From Patescibacteria group bacterium (GTDB lineage: Bacteria > Patescibacteriota > Patescibacteriia > UBA9934), in NCBI GenBank assembly GCA_038064675.1, contig JBBTSM010000010.1, positions 2,977-66,976 of the forward strand: a stretch of 64,000 nt of DNA. The letters run 5' to 3'. Positions within the stretch are counted from its first letter, which is position 1. Every line of letters starts with the position of its first letter. The notes under the pieces were generated by a model. That model ran no database searches and was not told the origin of the DNA. It saw only the letters and a list, made by a program, of their open reading frames with translations. Shown piece by piece: positions 39,556 through 49,328 of this stretch. Made by a program: the position numbers and the translations under genes.

Positions 39556-40168
39556 ACTCCTTTGGCAATTTCTTTCGAAGATTTTTCAAGTGAACATCTA
39601 CAACATTGCTTAACGAGTCGAAGAACCGATCCCACACGTGCGACAAAATATCTTCTCGCGTTACCACAGCGCCTTGATTCCGCAGGAAGTACTCGAGCAA
39701 TGCATATTCTCGCAACGTCAGATCGATCGGTTTTCCGTTGATCGTAACAATTTGTGAACGCGTATCAAGGAGCAATCCGTCCAGTGTCAGCACATCGCCT
39801 TGCACGTTCGGTGCCCTGCGAGTAATCGCACGAATGCGTGCCACAAGCTCGTCGAACGAGAATGGCTTCACAACATAATCGTCTGCACCAACGTTGAATC
39901 CGGTAATCTTTTCGTGCACGTCGCTCTTTGCGGTAAGAAACAGCACCGGCGTTTGCACACCAGATGCCCGAAGCTTCTTACACATTTCAAAACCGTCCAT
40001 GATGGGCATCATCACATCGAGCACAATACAATCATACACATTGTCTTTCGCAATCCGTTCCCCCTCTGCACCGTCGAAAGCCGCATCAACCGTGTATCCA
40101 CGGCTGCGCAAGCCTTGAACGATAGCGGCATTCAATTTCTGTTCGTCTTCAACAACGAGGATTTTCAT
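39503..40168 (-). CDS. OmpR/PhoB-family response regulator
   Basis: MKILVVEDE, DVMMP, winged-helix C-terminus (TLREYALLEYF...VWGKGYRL). Confidence 0.93.
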   Translation of the reverse strand: MKILVVEDEQKLNAAIVQGLRSRGYTVDAAFDGAEGERIAKDNVYDCIVLDVMMPIMDGFEMCKKLRASGVQTPVLFLTAKSDVHEKITGFNVGADDYVVKPFSFDELVARIRAITRRAPNVQGDVLTLDGLLLDTRSQIVTINGKPIDLTLREYALLEYFLRNQGAVVTREDILSHVWDRFFDSLSNVVDVHLKNLRKKLPKEYAKRIQTVWGKGYRLVS

Positions 40169-40410
40169 ACGTAGATAGTATACAAACATCGCATGAAGGA
40201 ACCGTGAAGCCACAATATCCACAATTCTCTTGCAAAGCAAAGAATCTGTGGTATTCTCAATACATCCCTATGAACGCTCAGTCGTACGCAACCCAGATTC
40301 TCGTGGTCGCAATGCCAATTCATGGCCTTTGCGATTTTACGCGTTTCCTTCCTTGTGCCAACGACAGATCGATTCATTCTGTATAACGCAACGTCCAAAC
40401 GTGCGTGACT

Positions 40411-40455
40411 GAAGAAAAACGATCTGTCTCCCCGACAGGTCGTTTTTCTTCAGGC
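40411..40455. promoter_or_regulatory. 20-bp-stem near-perfect hairpin/palindrome ctgaagaaaaacgatctgtc-tcccc-gacaggtcgtttttcttcag upstream of the two-component operon
   Basis: 20 paired positions with one G.U, 5-nt loop; no T-run, so operator or RNA structure rather than a classic terminator. Confidence 0.4.
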
Positions 40456-40521
40456 GTTCACTCACTCCCCACGGCTTTGCCTGAGGCCAAACACCCCGTT
40501 CCCCGCAGAGGTTCCCGTTCC

Positions 40522-40845
40522 ATGGCACGTTTGAAGCCCCATCAGAAGAAGAATCGCGCCGCTCTCGCTGCGCTCGGCCATACCTCCGTCGCAAGCGCAA
40601 TCGCGGAGATCCGCCGGTCGATGCCCAGCTTCGACAAAAGGCACAACTACCCGAAGGTGAAGGGCATTTGCCCGTCCCTCGTGGATCTCGTGCTCTGGGC
40701 TCGTGGCCAAAAAGCGTTCGCGTTCGATCACGAGACCGGCGGATTCGTCTCCAACAACCAGCGCGATCGCGAAGCTCGCAGCCTCTCGCGTTCTCGCGAG
40801 GATCGATTCCCGAAGTCCGGACAGCCCTGGCACATCTGCGAGTAG
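40522..40845 (+). CDS. hypothetical protein (107 aa) in a GC-rich patch, doubtful
   Basis: ORF MARLKPHQKKNRAALAALGH...; alternative ORFs on the other strand are Arg-rich and random-looking. Confidence 0.2.
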   Translation: MARLKPHQKKNRAALAALGHTSVASAIAEIRRSMPSFDKRHNYPKVKGICPSLVDLVLWARGQKAFAFDHETGGFVSNNQRDREARSLSRSREDRFPKSGQPWHICE

Positions 40846-40940
40846 AAACGACATCCCACCATACGCGGTGGAAACAACAGATCGGCCACGCACCGATCAA
40901 CGAAACGGGACGAGCTTCGCAGCTCGTCCCGTTCACAGTT

Positions 40941-42395
40941 TTATGACAACGTGCTCATGTCGAGCGTTTGGGTGAAATGAATCTGCGATACAAATTCTGG
41001 CGCGTGGCTCACCATGATGACGCAGCCTTGATATTCATCGATCGCTTTTGCAATAACTGGAAGATGACGGAAGTTGATGTGGTTTGTTGGCTCGTCAAGA
41101 ATCAACAGCCCCGGGGCCTGCAGCACGAAACGGGCGAAGCAGAGCAAACCTTTCTGACCTTCGGACAGTGAACCCACCGTGTTCTGCAGCACAGCACTTG
41201 TAAGCAAGAATTGCGAGGCAACGGCGCGAAGCGTTTCGTTCGACTTCAGCTCCATCACCGATGCGAGCGAATCGTACGCGGTTTGTTCAAAATCGAGCCC
41301 GGAGAAATCTTGTTTGTAGTATCCAACCTTTACGCCTGGATCGATCGCGAGGCCTTCTGTTTTTCCCGACGCCAATGCGCGAAGCAGCGTACTCTTACCG
41401 ATGCCGTTTGTGCCGGAAACCAAAAGCTTCTGACGGCGACGCAACTTGATGTGCACCTTTGCATCACGAGGTTCGTGATTCTTAATAACTTTCACCGAGG
41501 TCATCGTCACCATTGTTTCAATAAAGTCCTGCGTTGGAATAGCAAAATCCTTGATGGTCCGATCATCACGACGCACCTCTACCATGTTCTCCTCTGCTTC
41601 TTCGGCTTGGTCTTTGAGCTTACTTGCCAACTTACGCATCTTTCCTCCCTTGTTTGCGAAGAAGTTCACCTTATCTTTGCGGTCTTGAATCTCCTTCAAG
41701 AGCTGCGCGTTCTTTGCGCGATCACGTTCAACACGAGCAGCAATCTCTTCAATCACGTCGGAATAGTTTCCAACATAGATATCCGTTTGATGACGGTACA
41801 CATCCAAGTGCAACACACCTTCGGTAAACGCGTTTAAGAAATCCGCATCGTGGGAAATGACGAGTACTGTTTTTGGATACATCATCAAGAAGCCGGTAAG
41901 GTGCTCGATGCCGTCGTGATCAAGGTTGTTCGTCGGCTCGTCGAGCAACAGGATATCTGGGTTCTGAATCAATGCGTACGCAAGAAGCAAACGTGCTTGT
42001 TGGCCACCGGAAAACTCGCCAATGATCTTTTCCAGCGGTGCAACAAGATTCACCGCCTCGAGCACTTCAGCGATACGTCTGTCCAGATCGTACGTGATCT
42101 CTGGAAATGCGTGTGCAAAGAAATCGCGAACGGATTCGGTGAGATGTTCGCGGCTCATCACCTGACGACCGATGGCAATCGTCGATCCCTTCTGAATGTG
42201 GATCTGTCCGCCGTCGGGTTTGATCTCCCCCAGAATCATTTTAAAAATTGTGCTCTTCCCCGCACCATTCTGGCCCATCACGGTAATTTTACTGTTCTCA
42301 CGAATCGAAAAGTTCGCATCGTCAAGAATTGGGTAATCCCCGTCATACGCATACGACACGTTTTCAAACCGGACGATGACATTGCCGTGGTCCAT
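40941..42395 (-). CDS. ABC-F family ATPase (second paralog)
   Basis: Two ABC domains (GQNGAGKST / GTNGIGKST; FSGGQQARL / LSEGQKGLL) with a basic linker. Confidence 0.9.
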   Translation of the reverse strand: MDHGNVIVRFENVSYAYDGDYPILDDANFSIRENSKITVMGQNGAGKSTIFKMILGEIKPDGGQIHIQKGSTIAIGRQVMSREHLTESVRDFFAHAFPEITYDLDRRIAEVLEAVNLVAPLEKIIGEFSGGQQARLLLAYALIQNPDILLLDEPTNNLDHDGIEHLTGFLMMYPKTVLVISHDADFLNAFTEGVLHLDVYRHQTDIYVGNYSDVIEEIAARVERDRAKNAQLLKEIQDRKDKVNFFANKGGKMRKLASKLKDQAEEAEENMVEVRRDDRTIKDFAIPTQDFIETMVTMTSVKVIKNHEPRDAKVHIKLRRRQKLLVSGTNGIGKSTLLRALASGKTEGLAIDPGVKVGYYKQDFSGLDFEQTAYDSLASVMELKSNETLRAVASQFLLTSAVLQNTVGSLSEGQKGLLCFARFVLQAPGLLILDEPTNHINFRHLPVIAKAIDEYQGCVIMVSHAPEFVSQIHFTQTLDMSTLS

Positions 42396-42403
42396 AGGAA
42401 AAA

Positions 42404-43300
42404 TTATCGAATGGGGACTCCTGATGCCGCGCCAACCATGCAGTCGTCGTTGCACCAAATTCCTTTCTCGTGTTTTGCACAGTTGAAACAGATCAACAAT
42501 TGCTTATGACACTCATGCCATGCGCAATTCCCAAACCGTTCTGTTTTGCTCGAGCACGCCGTACATTCACCAATCACCATATATTTATCTGTAAATTGTT
42601 CAGTCATTCGTCCGTCAAAAACGTACAACGATCCCAAGAAATCCTCCCCGGGAAACTGCCTCATGTACGTGCCAATTCCACCGTTCAGCTGGTAAACGTC
42701 TTCGAATCCCTGCTGCTTCAGGAAACCTGATGCTTTTTCACATCGTACGCCATACGTACACACCGTGAGCACTTTCTTCTTTTTCAGATCCTCGAACTTC
42801 GACGTAATCTTCGGCAAATCTCGAAAATTCGCCATTGTGCTGTTCTTAGAGTTGGCAAAGTGGCCTACAGCGTACTCGTAATTGTTGCGCATGTCGATGA
42901 TTTCGAACTCTTCACCATTTTCAATCCAGCGCTTCAGCTCCTCAGGATCGATGTGCTTTCCCGTCGTCACATTTGGATCGACATCCTGATCCTTTGATAA
43001 TCCTGTCGCGACAATTTCGGATCGGAGCTTTACGACGAGCTTCTTGAATGCCTCCCCTGTTCCTGGACTCGATTTAAACCAGAGACCCACAAATTCCGGT
43101 AACGAGTGCATCCAAGCCTCGTACTCCGCAATCGATTCCGCCGCCCCTTCAAGGGTGCCATTTATTCCTTCAGCTGCAACGAGGATTCGTCCAAAAAGAC
43201 CCAGCTTTTCGCACATCTCCCGTTGGAGAGCGACGAATACTTTTGGGTCTGAAATCCGAACGTATTTATAGAAGATGATGATCTCGGTTGGCGCGGACAT
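42404..43300 (-). CDS. trhO: rhodanese-domain tRNA U34 hydroxylase TrhO (YceA/UPF0176 family)
   Basis: N-terminal IIIFYKYVRISDP...LGLFGRILVAAEGINGT, rhodanese CxxGxR (CTYGVRCEKA), C-terminal Cys cluster CTACS...CAWHEC...CFNC. Start taken at MSAPTEI. Confidence 0.8.
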   Translation of the reverse strand: MSAPTEIIIFYKYVRISDPKVFVALQREMCEKLGLFGRILVAAEGINGTLEGAAESIAEYEAWMHSLPEFVGLWFKSSPGTGEAFKKLVVKLRSEIVATGLSKDQDVDPNVTTGKHIDPEELKRWIENGEEFEIIDMRNNYEYAVGHFANSKNSTMANFRDLPKITSKFEDLKKKKVLTVCTYGVRCEKASGFLKQQGFEDVYQLNGGIGTYMRQFPGEDFLGSLYVFDGRMTEQFTDKYMVIGECTACSSKTERFGNCAWHECHKQLLICFNCAKHEKGIWCNDDCMVGAASGVPIR

Positions 43301-43435
43301 ATTCGGCAAGAGTGTACGCGAAAAAAGTGAAAGAGACCAGACCCGAACCTGATCTTTGATGGATGTGAAGGGAGCGAATGGCGGTAACAGCGCATCATCG
43401 GCGAACTTGGCATGTGCGTTTTGCGAAATATTGTA

Positions 43436-43511
43436 TGTGCGGTCGACCGCACATTTTATCTGCAAAAATGCCAATACATCGATGAGCGAAATGTTCGGTG
43501 GACCGCACATG
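43436..43511. promoter_or_regulatory. operator module: 18-bp perfect palindrome tgtgcggtcgaccgcaca plus related site cggtggaccgcacatg exactly 60 bp downstream
   Basis: Module repeats at 54969..55044 with identical site sequences and spacing but different spacer. Lies upstream of trhO. Confidence 0.6.
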
Positions 43512-43580
43512 CATAGAATCGGGAATCGAGGATCTACGCTCGCGTAAAAAGCTAGCTCACCGTGGATTGCCGCATCGGAA

Positions 43581-45365
43581 TTACGATTCCCTCTTCCCAT
43601 GCATCACCATCTCAACCGCGTGTTCCAACGATCCTGCTGGCGTAACGGTTCCGGCATTCACGAAGTAGATTTCATCGGCAGTTTCGATGGTATTCAAACG
43701 GTGCGCGATGATCACACGCGTTGTGGTAGATGGAAGTTGGCGAAGAATGTCCTCAAGCAGTTGTTCGGTAACGGTATCGATGTTTGCAGTCGCTTCGTCC
43801 AAGATAAGAATATCCGGTTTTCGCAACACCGCTCGCATGAACGCAATCAACTGTCGCTGGCCAAGACTCATGGAATTTCCGTTCGATGTTACTGGTGTTT
43901 CCAATCCCTCCGCAAAGCGAGGGAGGAGCGCCGACAATCCGCTCGTCGTAATAATTTCAACGAGTCGCTCCGATGATACTGAAGCAAGCTCATCGTTACC
44001 GTACACGATATTGTCACGAATGGTTCCAGTAAATAGGAACGGCTCCTGCAAAATGAATCCAATGCGCTTGGCACGATCGGCCGCCACGTAATTCTTCATA
44101 TCAACGCCGTGAAGCAGCACCGATCCTTCCGACGGATCGTACAATCGCGCCATCAACGACGCTGTGGTGGTTTTTCCCCCACCAGTTGGACCAACCAACG
44201 CATACGTCTTCCCCGCTTCAAGCGAAAAGTTCACGTCGCGCAACACGGTCTTACCATTCGGATAGTGGAATTTCACGTTTTTGAATTCCAGAACTGGTGC
44301 GGATGTGTTCACCGCAGCGCCGGATCCCTCAATCATTTCCGACTCCATGCTGAGAATATCAGAAATACGGTCCCACGCCGCTAGCGCAAGCTGGAAAGAG
44401 CTCCAGAGGCTCGCAATTTGGCGCAACGGATCATAGAAACGTGTTACATACGTCAAGAAACTGATAAGCACACCAATGGTGAGCAACCCGAGGCCAATGA
44501 GATGCGCGCCGTACGCAATAACGACGAGAATCGCGATGTTGCTCGACAAACCGTAGATTGGGGCGAAGATGGTATTCGCGAGTCCGGCAGTGATCGATGC
44601 TTTGAAGTTTTTCTCATTCACCGTTGTAAACCGTTCGCGGAAGTAGTCCTGGCGGTGGAACGCTACGATAACGCTAAAGTTGTTCAGGCTTTCTTGAATA
44701 CTCGCGCTCATGTCGCCGATCGTTTCCAGGCTCTTTGCGTTCTTGCGTTTCATCCAGCCGGAGAGCAGACGAGTGATGACGAGGAGGAACAATGCCGGGG
44801 CAAGAGCCGCAGAACCAAGACGAGGGTTAATAACGAGTACGGAGATTCCAGCACCAATCACCATAAATACGCTTCCAACGAATTGCATCAATGCCTGAGA
44901 GAAGAACTGGTTGAGCTTGTCCGTATCGTTGTTGATACGAGAGATGAGATCACCAGCCTTGTTCTGGTTAAAGAACGCCACAGGAAGCGTTTGAAGCTTC
45001 GTAAAGATCGCATTACGCAAATTGAACAGCACGCGATTGCTCACAGCACCCATCACACGAGTTTGGGTGTACTGCGCTAATGCGGCAAGACCGAAGATAG
45101 CGAGCAGTAAGGATGAGAACGTGATAACACCATCAAACTGACGCGTGACGATGTACGTATCAACAACATGACCAACAATAATTGGCGCAGCAAGATTCAG
45201 GCCTGAGTTCAGGATGATCGCAATGAACGCGATGACCATTCCCTTCTTTTCACCCCCGATAAACGGCGCAAACTTCTTCGCCACGGCAAGGAGCGCGTTG
45301 GACGACGTTCCTTTGTTTTCGGCAAGACTATAGTTCATATGCGCTGGTGCTTTGCTGTGATTCAA
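43581..45365 (-). CDS. ABC exporter, fused permease/ATPase (MsbA-like)
   Basis: 6-TM N-terminal domain plus NBD (GPTGGGKTT, LSLGQRQL, ILILDEAT). Confidence 0.92.
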   Translation of the reverse strand: MNHSKAPAHMNYSLAENKGTSSNALLAVAKKFAPFIGGEKKGMVIAFIAIILNSGLNLAAPIIVGHVVDTYIVTRQFDGVITFSSLLLAIFGLAALAQYTQTRVMGAVSNRVLFNLRNAIFTKLQTLPVAFFNQNKAGDLISRINNDTDKLNQFFSQALMQFVGSVFMVIGAGISVLVINPRLGSAALAPALFLLVITRLLSGWMKRKNAKSLETIGDMSASIQESLNNFSVIVAFHRQDYFRERFTTVNEKNFKASITAGLANTIFAPIYGLSSNIAILVVIAYGAHLIGLGLLTIGVLISFLTYVTRFYDPLRQIASLWSSFQLALAAWDRISDILSMESEMIEGSGAAVNTSAPVLEFKNVKFHYPNGKTVLRDVNFSLEAGKTYALVGPTGGGKTTTASLMARLYDPSEGSVLLHGVDMKNYVAADRAKRIGFILQEPFLFTGTIRDNIVYGNDELASVSSERLVEIITTSGLSALLPRFAEGLETPVTSNGNSMSLGQRQLIAFMRAVLRKPDILILDEATANIDTVTEQLLEDILRQLPSTTTRVIIAHRLNTIETADEIYFVNAGTVTPAGSLEHAVEMVMHGKRES

Positions 45366-47061
45366 CCATCTGGACGTATTCTGGCGACGTTCGCATCAAT
45401 TCCTCATGCTTACCTTTTGCGAGAACTTCTCCTTCCATCAGAAGCACGATTTGATCGTAATGCTGAATTGGAGCAATCGTTTGCGTCACAGACACAATCG
45501 TTGTTCTTGGATAATTCGCGGCAATATTCGCCACAATCTTCTGCTCTGTTTTTGCATCAACGCGAGCTGTAAAGTCGTCCAGGAACAAAATCTTTGGATT
45601 CAGCGCCAAGGCACGAGCAAGCATGATCCGTTGCTTCTGCCCGCCGGAAAGACTCGTTCCACGCTCGGAAACGATCGAATCCAATCCTTGTGGCAAGGTG
45701 CTGATAAAATCACCAAGCTCCGCAGTCGCAATCGCTTTCGCAATATCTGCCTCCGTCGCAATTCCGGCAAAGGCGATGTTCTCGCGTACCGACACATTGA
45801 ACATGATGCTTTCCTGGAACACCAAACCAATCTGACGATAAAAGGAAACCTTTTCGTATTCCTTCATGGGAATACCGTCGTACGATACTGATCCTTCCTG
45901 TGGATCCACCAATCCGATGAGCGCGTAAAGCAGCTGCGTCTTTCCTGCAGCTGTTGGCCCAAGAATCGCGGTCTTTGTACCGGCCTTAATGGACAACGAC
46001 ACATCTTTGAGCGCGTACTTCTCTCCGAACATCATCGTGACGTTCTTCACATCAATATCTCCACGAATATCAATCACTCGCGTTCCCGTGTCCTTTGTAT
46101 CTGGAGAATTTAATACGTCAGTGATGCGTTCGTACGACGTGGTGGCACGAGCGATAACGTTGCTCATCATGCCGATCATCAGAATTGGGAAAATCATCAA
46201 TCCCACATAACTGTTGAACGCCGCAAAGTCGCCAAGTGAAAGCCCACCGCCAATAACCAAATGGCCACCGAGGAACAGAATGACGAGTGTTGCAAAACTC
46301 GCAACAAAAGTAATGATTGGAATGAGACCAGCAAAGAGATACAGGATGTTCATGCTCACGTCTTTTGCTTTTGCGTTCACCACCGTAAACTTCTGCTCTT
46401 CTGTATGGCGTGCGTTAACGACACGAATACATGCGGCACCAAGAATGCTTTCGTTAATCACCTTGTTCAGCCAGTCGATGACCTCTTGCGACGCCTTGAA
46501 CAGCGGGCGGACACGAGAGAGCGTCATTGCAAACGCGAATCCAATCGCCGGCAATACGCACAGCACAACAATCGCGAGTTCGTATTGAATGGACAGCAAC
46601 AACAGCGCAGACCCAACGATGATGATCATGGACGACACCATGGTTACGATGGCTTGCGACACGAAGAGCTTCACCGCATCGATGTCGGACGTGAGGTTCG
46701 TGAGCAACTGCGACGGGGTCTTTTCCTGGATGTATGCAAAGCTCTGATTTGAGATTTTCGCCGTCAGGGCATTACGCAAATCACGAGCCACACGTTCCGA
46801 CGCATACGTCTGAACAATTCCCTGCAGATACGTCAGCACTAAAATGCCAACCGCAACGGCAACGAACTCGATGGTGATCGTTGATTGATCCAATTGGTGC
46901 GTCAGAAATGCATCGATAGCGCGGGAAACAAGCTTTGGAATAACCAAACTCACCGAGTTCATCGCAACAGCCAAACCGATCAACACAATGACGAATCTTC
47001 GATACGGCGTAAGAACGCTGAAGATGCTCGGAGGAGATTTCTTTGGGATTTCTTGAGTCAT
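45328..47061 (-). CDS. ABC exporter, fused permease/ATPase, partner of the downstream gene (heterodimeric pair)
   Basis: 6-TM domain plus NBD (GPTAAGKTQ, LSGGQKQR, LFLDDFT). Overlaps the downstream gene by 38 bp. Confidence 0.92.
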   Translation of the reverse strand: MTQEIPKKSPPSIFSVLTPYRRFVIVLIGLAVAMNSVSLVIPKLVSRAIDAFLTHQLDQSTITIEFVAVAVGILVLTYLQGIVQTYASERVARDLRNALTAKISNQSFAYIQEKTPSQLLTNLTSDIDAVKLFVSQAIVTMVSSMIIIVGSALLLLSIQYELAIVVLCVLPAIGFAFAMTLSRVRPLFKASQEVIDWLNKVINESILGAACIRVVNARHTEEQKFTVVNAKAKDVSMNILYLFAGLIPIITFVASFATLVILFLGGHLVIGGGLSLGDFAAFNSYVGLMIFPILMIGMMSNVIARATTSYERITDVLNSPDTKDTGTRVIDIRGDIDVKNVTMMFGEKYALKDVSLSIKAGTKTAILGPTAAGKTQLLYALIGLVDPQEGSVSYDGIPMKEYEKVSFYRQIGLVFQESIMFNVSVRENIAFAGIATEADIAKAIATAELGDFISTLPQGLDSIVSERGTSLSGGQKQRIMLARALALNPKILFLDDFTARVDAKTEQKIVANIAANYPRTTIVSVTQTIAPIQHYDQIVLLMEGEVLAKGKHEELMRTSPEYVQMVESQQSTSAYEL

Positions 47062-47141
47062 AGGAAGTCGATAATACTAGCACGGTTTACTTGATTGTTC
47101 AAACTTTTTGTGTAATCATAGCGCAGAAATCTCTTCCTCCT

Positions 47142-47939
47142 ATGTTTATTTCCATCATCACTGACTGCCAAGACGGCAACGCGCAGGTTCGTCAGCAAAC
47201 GCGATACAGCGTGCTCTTCCCCGGAGTTCCATCGAGTTTTACTGGTGCGTTCTCCGATATTGAAGCCGCAGGCAACCTCATCGATGTGTTTGATGCGTCC
47301 GACGACCAGGAAGGCATCATTGCCGTGAATGTTGCGCCGCGTCATGGTGCTGCACGAAAATGGCCGAATGGCACACCGTTCGGGTATCTCTGGATTGGGA
47401 AGATTCTCGTCGTTTGTACCATCGACGGCGAGGTGCTCTCCCTTTTGAAAAAATTCGGCCTCGCGGACCACGTAAACGTCACCGACATTCGCACGGTTCT
47501 GGCGTTTGGCGGATATGATCAGGAGATTATCGATCGCGCAGCAACGTCGCAGTTCCGCAGCTTCGATTACCTTCCGCGCCTCGCTCGAATTGCGTGGGAC
47601 AAGAAAGACGTGCCATCGGAGAAGCTCATGTTCACCGACATTCCCGATGCAGCACTTGATGTGTGGCGCATTGATTCCTTTGGCAACTGCAAGACGACGC
47701 TTCTTCCTGAAGACATCGCCTTTGAAGAAGGCGCTGAACGCGAAATTATCTTGAACGGTCTTGCCATTAAAGCAACATGCTACAAGCAGCTTCGCACGGT
47801 TCCGAATTACCAAACCGGACTAACCATGGGAAGCTCTGGTTACGGAAACAAGCGATTCCTCGAACTTGTCGTTCAAGGATCGAGCGCGGCAAAGCATTAC
47901 AACATCACGCAGAAAGACACCTTTCAAATTGCGAAATAA
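47142..47939 (+). CDS. hypothetical protein, possibly divergent SAM hydroxide adenosyltransferase/DUF62-like
   Basis: ISIITDCQDGNA and VNVAPRHG...IDGEVLSLL loosely follow DUF62 patterns (ltDFG.D...VvDPgVG...PDNGlLs). Assignment tentative. Confidence 0.35.
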   Translation: MFISIITDCQDGNAQVRQQTRYSVLFPGVPSSFTGAFSDIEAAGNLIDVFDASDDQEGIIAVNVAPRHGAARKWPNGTPFGYLWIGKILVVCTIDGEVLSLLKKFGLADHVNVTDIRTVLAFGGYDQEIIDRAATSQFRSFDYLPRLARIAWDKKDVPSEKLMFTDIPDAALDVWRIDSFGNCKTTLLPEDIAFEEGAEREIILNGLAIKATCYKQLRTVPNYQTGLTMGSSGYGNKRFLELVVQGSSAAKHYNITQKDTFQIAK

Positions 47940-47940
47940 G

Positions 47941-48050
47941 CCCCCTCCGACTCCCCCATAAATGGGGGAGAGATTTCACCGAGCGGCTCCCCTCCATTTA
48001 TGGAGGGGTTGGGGGAGGCCAAAAACGCCTCGTCATTCCGACGAGGCGTT
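47941..48050. terminator. cluster of three hairpins between convergent genes (ctcccccataaatgggggag; cccctccatttatggagggg; aacgcctcgtcattccgacgaggcgtt plus ttttgtttt)
   Basis: Inverted repeats read directly; the last has a T-run. Confidence 0.6.
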
Positions 48051-48057
48051 TTGTTTT

Positions 48058-49026
48058 CTACTTCACTAATGGGTAAAGATCAGGATCGATGGTCCGGTCA
48101 AAACACACTCGACCAACTCCGTGTTTCCAACTCCCATAATAATCTGTTCCGTACGCTCGGTATGGCATCGAGACATCCGTCTGATCCCCAACAGAATCTG
48201 CCTCAAATGTTGCGCAGAGAGTGAAGTTCAGACCGTCTCCTGTTGAATATTCGTATGCGGCTCCAGTGCTTGGATCCACTGGAACAGAATATCCGCTCAG
48301 CGTATTCGTCAGATCGTTCAACGTTACCGGCAATACGCCTTTCTTTAACTGATAGAAGTTTGTTACTTCATTCTGAATTGTCGCTAAGTCAGACACGCGC
48401 TGATCATCGAATCGCACCTTTCGCTGTTGTGCCGGTGAGCCGACAAGGAGGAACCCGAGCACGATCATTGCCACGACAACAACCGATGCAGCGACTGCAG
48501 TTTTCTTTGGAACCGTCGACTTCGCGATCGATTCTGTACGGAGATCCCAAAGGTAATACGCAAACACCGCGACGGCTGTTGCGAGTACAACGAGAACCTT
48601 CAAGATGAATCGTGTCGTAATCTCGCCGTTCAAGAAGTAATTCACCAAGGTGATGAGGTCGACGACGATGGTGATTGCTGTCACGAAAAGGGTGAGATAG
48701 AGCAACCATTTGCGAATCGCAATTTCACGCTTCTCAGAATCTGCCTTCGCATCCTTGTACATGAACCAAGAAATTCCCACAAACGCTGGCCACATCACGA
48801 TGAGACTTGCCATGCCGGCACGAATTGCATCAAGCGCTCCGGTATAATAAAAACTCAATGCGTCGGGAAACGTCACGTCGATGTACTGAAACCCGAGAAT
48901 AATGAACGACACGACGGAAACATACAGCGTCACAATGGCGAACAAATGCGAGAACACATCTTTCGCCGTTGAGCGTGGGAGTGATTTCATACACATAGAA
49001 TTACGTTTCTGCTTTGAGCATACCAC
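48058..49026 (-). CDS. DUF5671-like integral membrane protein
   Basis: Multi-TM N-terminal half and a soluble C-terminal half; resembles the DUF5671 architecture common in Patescibacteria. Assignment from memory. Confidence 0.45.
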   Translation of the reverse strand: MVCSKQKRNSMCMKSLPRSTAKDVFSHLFAIVTLYVSVVSFIILGFQYIDVTFPDALSFYYTGALDAIRAGMASLIVMWPAFVGISWFMYKDAKADSEKREIAIRKWLLYLTLFVTAITIVVDLITLVNYFLNGEITTRFILKVLVVLATAVAVFAYYLWDLRTESIAKSTVPKKTAVAASVVVVAMIVLGFLLVGSPAQQRKVRFDDQRVSDLATIQNEVTNFYQLKKGVLPVTLNDLTNTLSGYSVPVDPSTGAAYEYSTGDGLNFTLCATFEADSVGDQTDVSMPYRAYGTDYYGSWKHGVGRVCFDRTIDPDLYPLVK

Positions 49027-49083
49027 TTTCGCTTTTCCCCATATCTCGCTGGGAAACGGTATACGAGTGGTATACTAAAATAT

Positions 49084-49284
49084 ATGATGGAAAATGAAAA
49101 TCATTTTATTATTCCGGAATCGTCGGCGCGTAAATATACCCCCGAGGAACTGGACATTATTCAACGAGCGAACATGGCCGCCAAGACTACGCCGGCACCG
49201 GAATCGCCGGATGCACTAAGACGAAGACGCCTTGGAGAAGGTGTCGTTGAAGAATGGACCGGGCCACATACAAAGCGGATATAG
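49084..49284 (+). CDS. hypothetical small protein (66 aa), doubtful
   Basis: Short ORF; no motif. Confidence 0.2.
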   Translation: MMENENHFIIPESSARKYTPEELDIIQRANMAAKTTPAPESPDALRRRRLGEGVVEEWTGPHTKRI

Positions 49285-49328
49285 CAAAAATACAAAAGCC
49301 GCCTCTCGCGAGGCGGCTTTTGTGCATT

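Noticed and set aside
40337-40936. 199-aa and 143-aa minus-strand ORFs in the GC-rich patch after the response regulator
   Set aside because: Extremely Arg-rich with no hydrophobic core; likely non-coding or an antisense artefact.
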